From a virus (taxonomy: Duplodnaviria; Caudoviricetes), in the IMG/VR virus record IMGVR_UViG_3300033552_000012, positions 1 through 52,053 of that record: 52,053 nucleotides of DNA; one strand, given 5' to 3'. The number at the start of each line of letters is the position of its first letter. Position 1 is the first letter of the stretch. Of the stretch, positions 1 through 6,067 are shown piece by piece. A model generated the notes under the pieces. It saw only the letters and a list, made by a program, of their open reading frames with translations, made no database searches and was not told the origin of the DNA. The translations under genes and the position numbers were made by a program.

Positions 1-144
1 TTTAATGGTTCTATTTCGTTTGTGAATTTATGACCTTGCTCTTGAAGGTATAATTCTAAAACTATAATTGATTTTTTTATATCGCTTATAAATTCTCCTT
101 TTTTTTCTGCTCTTTCTACACGTTTTACAATTTCAAAAAGATAG
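1..144. repeat. Terminal direct repeat, copy 1 (circular assembly overlap)
   Basis: Matches 51910..52053 except at positions 9 and 18. Confidence 0.95.
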
Positions 145-233
145 GAATTCCAACCTCTTTCGTTAGCTATTTTATACAAAGTACCTTTGGAATTGTCGTA
201 ATGTTTTGGGGTTTCTAGTTTAGATATTTCCAT
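1..233 (-). CDS. DUF3310-like small protein, 5' part; continues across the circular junction to a stop at 51900-51902
   Basis: Manual translation MEISKLETPKHYDNSKGTLYKIANERGWNSYLFEIVKRVERAEKKGEFISDIKKSIIVLELYLQEQGHKFTNEIEPLNNK; the PxHY ... VKR..RA.KKG....D..K pattern is typical of DUF3310. Confidence 0.65.
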   Translation of the reverse strand, partial: MEISKLETPKHYDNSKGTLYKIANERGWNSYLFEIVKRVERAEKKGEFISDIKKSIIVLELYLQEQGHKFTNEIEPL

Positions 234-237
234 AGTT

Positions 238-507
238 TTAAAAGTGAAGTCTGTTTCTTATTTTGTCTATTTCGTGTTGTTCTATAATTCCGCTTCCGCT
301 TAGTAAAAATCCAAGCCTAAAATTGCTGATGTAAGTAGATTTTGCCAATTTTTCCAAGTCAATGTTGTAGTATTCCATTTCGTGCTTTACTTGTTTCAAA
401 AATAAATCATCCGGAAACGTTGCAGAACTTTCTATAATCTCATAAAGCGATGTATCTTCTTTATTGATCTTACTCGAAATAGTATAGTAATCATTGTTTG
501 TATGCAT
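238..507 (-). CDS. Hypothetical protein, possible C-terminal HTH
   Basis: 89 aa ORF tightly packed in the - strand operon; LEKLAKSTYISNFRLGFLLSG is HTH-like. Confidence 0.6.
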   Translation of the reverse strand: MHTNNDYYTISSKINKEDTSLYEIIESSATFPDDLFLKQVKHEMEYYNIDLEKLAKSTYISNFRLGFLLSGSGIIEQHEIDKIRNRLHF

Positions 508-525
508 ATTTATCAGGTTTTAGTT

Positions 526-717
526 TTAAAAAGGGCAATATGGCTTTTTAGGTTTGGGCAGTAATGATGAATACTCACTTTTTATCTTTTCTGAAATTGC
601 CTCACGAATAAATTGAGCCACATTAATTTGATAGCTATCTAGTTTCTTTAAAGTCTGGTGTTGAACTTCGGTTATTTTAATTACCTTGACTTTAGTATAT
701 TTTAAAGGTGTTGCCAT
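526..717 (-). CDS. Small ribbon-helix-helix-like DNA-binding protein at the cassette-array boundary
   Basis: Beta-like KVKVIKI followed by two helices (QHQTLKKL; NVAQFIREAISEKI). Confidence 0.6.
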   Translation of the reverse strand: MATPLKYTKVKVIKITEVQHQTLKKLDSYQINVAQFIREAISEKIKSEYSSLLPKPKKPYCPF

Positions 718-737
718 AATAAAGTAATACTTTTATA

Positions 738-766
738 GGTTATAGCCAATAGTTATATTCCAGCTT
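738..766 (+). other. Left terminal half-site of the array (attI/secondary-site-like ATAG^TT)
   Basis: GTTATATTCCAGCTT at 752 pairs with the right arm of cassette 1 (1010-1025) but has no upstream AAC hairpin. Confidence 0.6.
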
Positions 767-800
767 CGAGCAACTTTCTGGCGAAAGGTACTATTGCTTT

Positions 801-986
801 TTATTTACGCTTCTTTTTCTTTGAAATAAGGTGTGTCATTTTGTTTCTAATTTTCTTGTATTCAATATTTATTTCTGCTTTATACATCATAATATCATTT
901 GCATTACTTATACCCATAGGAACTATTACGGTAGAATAACTTGAAATAGTAATTCCTCTTTCTTTTCTTTCGTCGATTGGTTGCAT
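801..986 (-). CDS. Cassette 1 protein (contains ERKERGITISS)
   Basis: 61 aa ORF between arms 752 and 1025. Confidence 0.7.
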   Translation of the reverse strand: MQPIDERKERGITISSYSTVIVPMGISNANDIMMYKAEINIEYKKIRNKMTHLISKKKKRK

Positions 987-1021
987 AATATTTTATTTTA
1001 TCAGTCAAAAAGCCGAGAATA

Positions 1022-1152
1022 TAACATATGATACAATAGATTTTCGGCATTTTTGATTATTGATTTATCTGTCTGTACTTGTTATTATTTGTAATGGCCA
1101 GAAAGTATAGTTCTTGGCCATTCCGAAAAACCTCCCGTATCATAAGCCGTTA
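1022..1152 (+). repeat. attC-like hairpin site S1 (131 bp)
   Basis: TAAC-a-tatgatac...ttttcgg / ccgaaaa...gtatcata-agcc-GTTA. Confidence 0.85.
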
Positions 1153-1161
1153 CAAGCAAGT

Positions 1162-1530
1162 TTAAACGAAAGTGCATTCAATCTCTTTTAGAATTAAAGT
1201 TGCATAATATTTACTATTCTCAATAGCATTTTTACCAGTAAGATTAAATTTTTTATAACTCTCAACCACTTCTTTTATAGTCTCGGTTGTTATCGTTGAA
1301 AATAAATTGGTGTCAAGTGCTTTTTCTTGCTCTTCTATAGCATCAATAATCTTTTGGCATTCCTCATAATTTTCATCAAATTCAAAATATTCTAAAACGT
1401 ATAGAACAGATAATATTCCATACATAAACATATACTTCCTATAAATTTTAGTGGAAGTCAAAAAACCTGCTTGTAACAGTGGTTTTGATAAAGCGGGTAT
1501 TGTTTTTGTGTTTAAATTATTTTTACTCAT
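1162..1530 (-). CDS. Cassette 2 hypothetical protein; starts inside the S2 loop
   Basis: 122 aa; the N-terminus IPALSKPLLQAGF is encoded by the hairpin arm. Confidence 0.75.
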   Translation of the reverse strand: MSKNNLNTKTIPALSKPLLQAGFLTSTKIYRKYMFMYGILSVLYVLEYFEFDENYEECQKIIDAIEEQEKALDTNLFSTITTETIKEVVESYKKFNLTGKNAIENSKYYATLILKEIECTFV

Positions 1531-1598
1531 TTTATTATTTAGTTTACTTGTTATTATTTGTCTTAAATTTCCCGCCTTCTCAAAGCCACGAAACGTTA
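1474..1598 (+). repeat. attC-like hairpin site S2 (125 bp)
   Basis: TAAC-a-gtggttttgataaagcggg / cccgccttctcaaagccac-gaaac-GTTA. Confidence 0.9.
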
Positions 1599-1607
1599 GC
1601 AGGAATA

Positions 1608-1856
1608 CTATAATTCGTGCATTGAAGAAATATCGTTTCGAAAATCTTTTTCGCTTAGTATTTTATTTCTACATATAAAATCAAACAAATCTTTTACGTT
1701 TTTTAAATATTCCGTGTCTTTTCCCCGATGTTTAAATAATAACCAGTTCATTGTTGGGTGTTTTTCTAGCCTAAAATTTAAAATTTTAAAAGACCTTGGT
1801 TTTGCAATAAATCCTAATTGCAACATTATTTCTGTTGTTATTTTAGTGTTTTCCAT
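1608..1856 (-). CDS. Cassette 3 hypothetical protein
   Basis: 82 aa ORF filling the cassette. Confidence 0.75.
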   Translation of the reverse strand: MENTKITTEIMLQLGFIAKPRSFKILNFRLEKHPTMNWLLFKHRGKDTEYLKNVKDLFDFICRNKILSEKDFRNDISSMHEL

Positions 1857-1890
1857 AATAATATTTTGTTGTTAAAATCCGTACTCCTGC

Positions 1891-2018
1891 TAACACACGT
1901 CTGTAGCTATTGTGGAATTAGTGATTAATTTTTAATTGGTTTTGTTTCAGTATTATTTTAGCAACTCCGAAATATTACGCATTTTTGCCCCACAACAGCA
2001 ACAGGCGTGGGAACGTTA
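1891..2018 (+). repeat. attC-like hairpin site S3 (128 bp)
   Basis: TAAC-a-cacgtctgtagctattgtgg / ccacaacagcaacaggcgtg-ggaac-GTTA. Confidence 0.9.
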
Positions 2019-2255
2019 GCGGTCATTGCAATTCGTTACATCTCCACATTTACTACAATAAGTACCTGTTCCGTTTTTATTACACATAGGCATATTCGCA
2101 TAAAGCAACGAACCGCTAACACATGATTGTAGTAATTGCATTTCTTGTGCTTGTTTAAATCCTTCCTTAAAGCCGTCTCTTTGCCCGCCAAAACTATTCG
2201 GGTTAGTACCATATCTTTTTTCCGATAACTCCTTTATTTCTTCAACTGTTTTCAT
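2016..2255 (-). CDS. Cassette 4 protein; N-terminal half encoded within S4, Cys-rich C-terminal half
   Basis: 79 aa; QLLQSCVSGSL crosses the site; the stop is the TAA of the S3 TAAC on the - strand. Confidence 0.7.
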   Translation of the reverse strand: MKTVEEIKELSEKRYGTNPNSFGGQRDGFKEGFKQAQEMQLLQSCVSGSLLYANMPMCNKNGTGTYCSKCGDVTNCNDR

Positions 2256-2313
2256 TCTTGTTTTTATTTGTGATTAATTTAATTATGCAACTACGACAAT
2301 CATGCGTCCGTTA
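2117..2313 (+). repeat. attC-like hairpin site S4 (197 bp, coding loop)
   Basis: TAAC-a-catgattgtagtaattgcat / atgcaactacgacaatcatg-cgtcc-GTTA. Confidence 0.85.
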
Positions 2314-2335
2314 GGGTGCATAGCTACATTTTTCG

Positions 2336-2575
2336 CTACGAAAACTCTTTACCGCAAATATTACACCTCAATAAGTTACTCCCAATATAACTACTTTTTT
2401 CTCTTGGATGCGTACATTCTAATATCCCCAGTTCGTAAGCTTCTGATAAAGTTAATTCTCTACCATAGGTCATTCCTTTAAATTTATATTCTAAACTTAT
2501 TGATTCTCCAATAATAAAAACTTTTGCGGTAATATTAGTTTTTCCATCTACATGCTTTATAATAATTGTTTTCAT
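2336..2575 (-). CDS. Cassette 5 gene c, zinc-ribbon-like C-terminus
   Basis: 79 aa; CTH...CNICGKEF. Confidence 0.7.
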   Translation of the reverse strand: MKTIIIKHVDGKTNITAKVFIIGESISLEYKFKGMTYGRELTLSEAYELGILECTHPREKSSYIGSNLLRCNICGKEFS

Positions 2576-2580
2576 ATATT

Positions 2581-2760
2581 TTATTTGTAAATTGTAAATT
2601 CTATTGGATGTAATTTATATGTTTTATTGTAAAACCCTTTTTTTATTTCCCATTTATCCCATTTTTTAGTATTCCAAAAAAGTATAACTATTGAGATTTT
2701 TTTTATTTTTATCTCCACAAGAGGGAAATCCATGTATCTTTCTATAACTTCTATTTTCAT
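2581..2760 (-). CDS. Cassette 5 gene b (59 aa, below the ORF-track cutoff)
   Basis: Manual translation MKIEVIERYMDFPLVEIKIKKISIVILFWNTKKWDKWEIKKGFYNKTYKLHPIEFTIYK. Confidence 0.6.
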   Translation of the reverse strand: MKIEVIERYMDFPLVEIKIKKISIVILFWNTKKWDKWEIKKGFYNKTYKLHPIEFTIYK

Positions 2761-2762
2761 AA

Positions 2763-2918
2763 CTATATTTTTTTATTATTGTCTAAATATATTTTCATAG
2801 CTGTTGTTGTAACTTTATTAATTGCGGAATGATTATTCATTGTTAACCTCATAAATTCCTCCCAATCATAATATCCGTGCTTTTCAGCCGATAAATTCTT
2901 TGTTTTATTTATTGTCAT
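2763..2918 (-). CDS. Cassette 5 gene a (51 aa)
   Basis: Manual translation MTINKTKNLSAEKHGYYDWEEFMRLTMNNHSAINKVTTTAMKIYLDNNKKI; abuts the next ATG. Confidence 0.6.
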   Translation of the reverse strand: MTINKTKNLSAEKHGYYDWEEFMRLTMNNHSAINKVTTTAMKIYLDNNKKI

Positions 2919-2953
2919 AATTATATTTATTTTTAATTACCCACTACGCACCC

Positions 2954-3080
2954 TAACACAGGTTTTGCCCCATTGCTTTTATTTGTACTTTTTTGGATTT
3001 ACGGTGTCGTATTTAAAGTTTAGTAATTTCTGATTTAACGGTGATTATCACCGCAACGATGGCAAAGCCTGATAACGTTA
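2954..3080 (+). repeat. attC-like hairpin site S5 (127 bp)
   Basis: TAAC-a-caggttttgcc...attgc / gcaac...ggcaaagcctg-ataac-GTTA. Confidence 0.9.
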
Positions 3081-3099
3081 TGCGTTATTTAACAGAACG

Positions 3100-3525
3100 T
3101 TATCGATTAACAATTCTATTTAATTGCCGTTTGCACCATTCTTCAACTTCTTGAACATTTTTAGCGGGTGAAACTCTGCTTTTATCGTTTACTTCTTTTC
3201 GATACTCGTATTGTTCTTCGTAATTTTTAGAATAAATACTTTCTAGTAATTTTTCTACTTCTGGATATTTCTTGTTGTCAAACTCTTTCCAGAACTCTTT
3301 TAAAGTCCAATACGAAACTTTCAAAGCATCTTGATTGGTTTGGCAGTAGAAGCCCTTTTTATGATTAATACAAGAAGTCGGAGAGCAACATCCAGTTTCA
3401 CCACAACTTGAACAATAAGGACAGTAAACATCGTATTTTCTATTTCTAAAAATATGTTTGAATTTAGAAAAACAACGCATAACAGCGGTTTTGAGCAAGC
3501 GGGCTTTAGTCTTTAATTCACTCAT
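3100..3525 (-). CDS. Cassette 6 Cys-rich protein; starts inside the S6 loop
   Basis: 141 aa; LLKTAVMRCF crosses the site; CPYCSSCGETGCCSPTSC. Confidence 0.75.
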   Translation of the reverse strand: MSELKTKARLLKTAVMRCFSKFKHIFRNRKYDVYCPYCSSCGETGCCSPTSCINHKKGFYCQTNQDALKVSYWTLKEFWKEFDNKKYPEVEKLLESIYSKNYEEQYEYRKEVNDKSRVSPAKNVQEVEEWCKRQLNRIVNR

Positions 3526-3603
3526 TTGGTGTGTTTTTATTATTAGTGATTAATTCAATTATTCGGTTTTATTTTTCCGCCTGCACAAAGCCACGAAACG
3601 TTA
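3480..3603 (+). repeat. attC-like hairpin site S6 (124 bp)
   Basis: TAAC-a-gcggttttgagcaagcgg / ccgcctgcacaaagccac-gaaac-GTTA. Confidence 0.9.
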
Positions 3604-3616
3604 TAGCTTATGGCTA

Positions 3617-3850
3617 TTATTGGTTAATTAAGAAGTTTTCAATATCACCCAACAATGTGTCAATTTCTCCTTTTCTTTTTAGAATTTCATCGTATTCTTT
3701 TTTAGCAAGTTCATAATCTTCACTTTCTGGTTGGTCGGCATCTTCTTGCCATTGCATTGCCTCGTCATCAACTTCATCTGAATACTCTTGTCTTTTATCT
3801 TCTAAAAACTGTTTAAATTCGTTTAATGCTTCGTCTTTTGTTGTCATCAC
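3617..3850 (-). CDS. Cassette 7 acidic helical protein
   Basis: 77 aa, D/E-rich. Confidence 0.75.
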   Translation of the reverse strand: MMTTKDEALNEFKQFLEDKRQEYSDEVDDEAMQWQEDADQPESEDYELAKKEYDEILKRKGEIDTLLGDIENFLINQ

Positions 3851-3879
3851 GTTTTGTTTTAGTTACCCACCACAAGCTA

Positions 3880-4008
3880 TAACAGCAATTTGTGGTAATT
3901 TGGGTATTAGTTATTAATTTTTTTTTTGGTCTTGTATTTGTAAAATCTGTCTTGAATCGGTACTTTAGGATTTATTTATCCCAAACTACCACAAGTTGCA
4001 GGGCGTTA
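3880..4008 (+). repeat. attC-like hairpin site S7 (129 bp)
   Basis: TAAC-a-gcaatttgtggtaatttggg / cccaaactaccacaagttgc-agggc-GTTA. Confidence 0.9.
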
Positions 4009-4275
4009 TGCAACAGTTTCAGAACGTTCTCGTTTAAAAATTTCTAAAAGTTCTGAATCTGTCTTATTTGAATATTTACCGCTTGAATCAAAACGAGTGC
4101 TTAAAAACCAATTTGCAAAATCAATAGTCTGTTTATCTACTAATTCTTCTATTTTACAAATACATTCTTCGTGATTGTAAATTCTTTTTTCTAATAAACT
4201 CTTTAATTCATTTGATAAAACCGATTGCATAACAGCCGTTTTGCTCAATGTCGGTATTGTTTTATCTTTGTCCAT
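4006..4275 (-). CDS. Cassette 8 protein; starts inside the S8 loop
   Basis: 89 aa; IPTLSKTAVMQSV crosses the site; stop lies in the S7 TAAC. Confidence 0.75.
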   Translation of the reverse strand: MDKDKTIPTLSKTAVMQSVLSNELKSLLEKRIYNHEECICKIEELVDKQTIDFANWFLSTRFDSSGKYSNKTDSELLEIFKRERSETVA

Positions 4276-4357
4276 ATTGTTTTTAATTTAATTATTAGTC
4301 TATTTTTGTTATTATCCGTGTTGAATTTTCCGCCACTAAGCAAAGCAGCGAACGTTA
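4230..4357 (+). repeat. attC-like hairpin site S8 (128 bp)
   Basis: TAAC-a-gccgttttgctcaatgtcgg / ccgccactaagcaaagcagc-gaac-GTTA. Confidence 0.9.
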
Positions 4358-4603
4358 GGGAACATCTTCCTCAACTTTGTCGCCAAAAGTTTCGTTAAAA
4401 TAATCTTCTCTTTTATCGGATACCATTTTATCCCAGCTCATGGTCATAAATCCGTCGTTCCAAGTTTCTTTTAGTTGTTGTTTTTCTTTTTCTAAAAGTT
4501 TCTCCGCTTCAATTTGACAAAATCTTAAAAGTGTATTTGAAATATCACTTTCTTTTCGTTTGTCTTTAATAATTTCTATTAATTCTTGCAATGCTGTTTT
4601 CAT
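4355..4603 (-). CDS. Cassette 9 hypothetical protein (MKTALQELIE...EKEKQQ...DYFNETF type)
   Basis: 82 aa; stop lies in the S8 TAAC. Confidence 0.75.
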   Translation of the reverse strand: MKTALQELIEIIKDKRKESDISNTLLRFCQIEAEKLLEKEKQQLKETWNDGFMTMSWDKMVSDKREDYFNETFGDKVEEDVP

Positions 4604-4642
4604 AATTTTATTTTTAATTTATTAGTCAAAAAGCCGAGAATA

Positions 4643-4697
4643 TAACATATGCTTGTAAAAATGGCTTTATCGCCACTATTACAAGCGTCCACCGTTA
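4643..4697 (+). repeat. attC-like hairpin site S9 (55 bp, minimal, apparently chimeric)
   Basis: TAAC-at-atgcttgtaaaaatggc / gccactattacaagcgt-ccacc-GTTA. Confidence 0.85.
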
Positions 4698-4919
4698 TAC
4701 GTCAGCTTCTTTGGAATCGTCAGAAACATAATCTACATAAGGATATGTTTTATTTATAAAAGTTACAGTATAACTACAAGTTATACTGTTGCATTTATGT
4801 GGATATTGGGGTGGATGAGTTGTAAAACATTGTCCAGTTGGTCTTAAATAACCATCTTCACATTCAGGGCATTTAAAGTCTATTTTTACTGTTTTTACTT
4901 GTTTAATTTCTTGTGGCAT
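4695..4919 (-). CDS. Cassette 10 zinc-ribbon protein
   Basis: 74 aa; CPEC...HKC...C; stop lies in the S9 TAAC. Confidence 0.75.
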   Translation of the reverse strand: MPQEIKQVKTVKIDFKCPECEDGYLRPTGQCFTTHPPQYPHKCNSITCSYTVTFINKTYPYVDYVSDDSKEADV

Positions 4920-4966
4920 AATTTTTTATTTTTTGATTAATATTTATTTTAACAAAGCCGAACGCA

Positions 4967-5037
4967 TAACAGCAGTTTTGACTTACCGCCAAAATCTCGC
5001 TGGTACAGAGGTGGCATTTCAAGGCTGCGAAACGTTA
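4967..5037 (+). repeat. attC-like hairpin site S10 (71 bp)
   Basis: TAAC-a-gcagttttgacttaccgcc / ggtggcatttcaaggctgc-gaaac-GTTA. Confidence 0.85.
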
Positions 5038-5049
5038 GTGATAATACAC

Positions 5050-5298
5050 CTATCGCAATTGCATTTTGTTGTAAAACTCAAATTTATTATCCGTAAGACA
5101 TTCGTATTTTATGAGTTTCCATCCGTCTTTATTTGCAATTAATAACATTTCATTATCAATGTACTTCATATCTTTTTCATCCCAACTATTTGAGAATTTA
5201 CCATCATTAATATTTAGCCAGCAATAGCGAAAAGTACTATCACTAACAGCAGTCTTGAGAGATTGTGGTATCGGTGTGTTTTTGTCTATATTTTCCAT
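5050..5298 (-). CDS. Cassette 11 protein; starts inside the S11 loop
   Basis: 82 aa; IPQSLKTAVSDST crosses the site. Confidence 0.75.
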   Translation of the reverse strand: MENIDKNTPIPQSLKTAVSDSTFRYCWLNINDGKFSNSWDEKDMKYIDNEMLLIANKDGWKLIKYECLTDNKFEFYNKMQLR

Positions 5299-5372
5299 AA
5301 TTTAATTATTAATGTTTATTTGTTGTTATTTGTCTTGAATAATCCACAACCTTGCAAGGTTGCGAAACGTTA
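5244..5372 (+). repeat. attC-like hairpin site S11 (129 bp)
   Basis: TAAC-a-gcagtcttgagagattgtgg / ccacaaccttgcaaggttgc-gaaac-GTTA. Confidence 0.9.
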
Positions 5373-5384
5373 TAAGTAATACTA

Positions 5385-5534
5385 TTATCTCTTTTCCATA
5401 ATTCCATATATCTCATTGTAAGCGTAATTTTCGCTAAAATCATTCAATGCATCTACAATGTCTTCCGCATCTACTGTTATGGTGTAATAACCATATTCTG
5501 TGTGTTCATAAAACACGATAAATTCTTTTTCCAT
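5385..5534 (-). CDS. Cassette 12 small acidic protein (49 aa)
   Basis: Manual translation MEKEFIVFYEHTEYGYYTITVDAEDIVDALNDFSENYAYNEIYGIMEKR. Confidence 0.65.
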   Translation of the reverse strand: MEKEFIVFYEHTEYGYYTITVDAEDIVDALNDFSENYAYNEIYGIMEKR

Positions 5535-5559
5535 AATTACTTTTATTTTAAATTACCCA

Positions 5560-5592
5560 TTTCGAAAAACCACGCATAGTTGCGAGACGTTA
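5560..5592 (+). repeat. Degenerate terminal site S12 (right half only)
   Basis: ...gttgc-gagac-GTTA resembles the S11 end gttgc-gaaac-GTTA; no AAC arm upstream. Confidence 0.55.
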
Positions 5593-6063
5593 CTCTTTTT
5601 TGTATTTTTCAAATGCCAAAATAGCCTTTTCTTTTGCGTAATAACTAACGTTTCCGGAAAGTCTTTTCTTCTCTAATTTTTCCTTATCAGCGATATAAAA
5701 AGCCTTGAATGTATTGAAACCAAACATCGTCATTAATTCCTGGTTGCTGATATACATACTCATATCAACAGACTCTTTTTTACAGCTTAACAGCTCTTTT
5801 ATGTGTTCTAGGTTTTTAAGCGAATAATATGTGCTACTTCGGTTAAACTTTGGGGTATCGCCTAAAGTAGCAAACAGCCTTTTTAGTTTTACCGCCCCTA
5901 TATTATATTCTTCTCGCAAATAAACCGCACTGACATGATTTTCTACTTCGCTGTCTTTTATCCAACTGCCTTTTACTCTACATTGCCCTCGTTTTTCACT
6001 GTAAGGAACTGCTGTGGTGAACATCGTTATCGGGTTCAAGTTTTTCTTCCAAAATTCTACCAT
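5590..6063 (-). CDS. Hypothetical protein, possible DNA-binding
   Basis: 157 aa downstream of the exonuclease; stop lies in the S12 TAAC. Confidence 0.7.
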   Translation of the reverse strand: MVEFWKKNLNPITMFTTAVPYSEKRGQCRVKGSWIKDSEVENHVSAVYLREEYNIGAVKLKRLFATLGDTPKFNRSSTYYSLKNLEHIKELLSCKKESVDMSMYISNQELMTMFGFNTFKAFYIADKEKLEKKRLSGNVSYYAKEKAILAFEKYKKE

Positions 6064-6067
6064 AATT

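Larger units (their letters stand above)
752..5592. mobile_element. Integron-like gene-cassette array (12 cassettes, 11 complete hairpin sites plus 2 terminal partial sites), no integrase
   Basis: Small ORFs alternate with TAAC...GTTA hairpins; 10 of the 12 cassettes are flanked by their own matching inverted arms. Confidence 0.85.

Noticed and set aside
2581-2798. Homopolymer frameshift or phase variation in cassette 5
   Set aside because: Recounting the frames gives two intact ORFs (2581-2760 and 2763-2918)
1022-5372. Hairpins as ordinary intrinsic terminators
   Set aside because: They lack U-tracts at the stem bases, several are translated, and terminators would not explain cassette-specific complementary arms
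752-5592. CRISPR array or simple tandem repeat
   Set aside because: The repeats are 55-197 bp and diverge in sequence, the spacers are whole genes, and no cas genes are present
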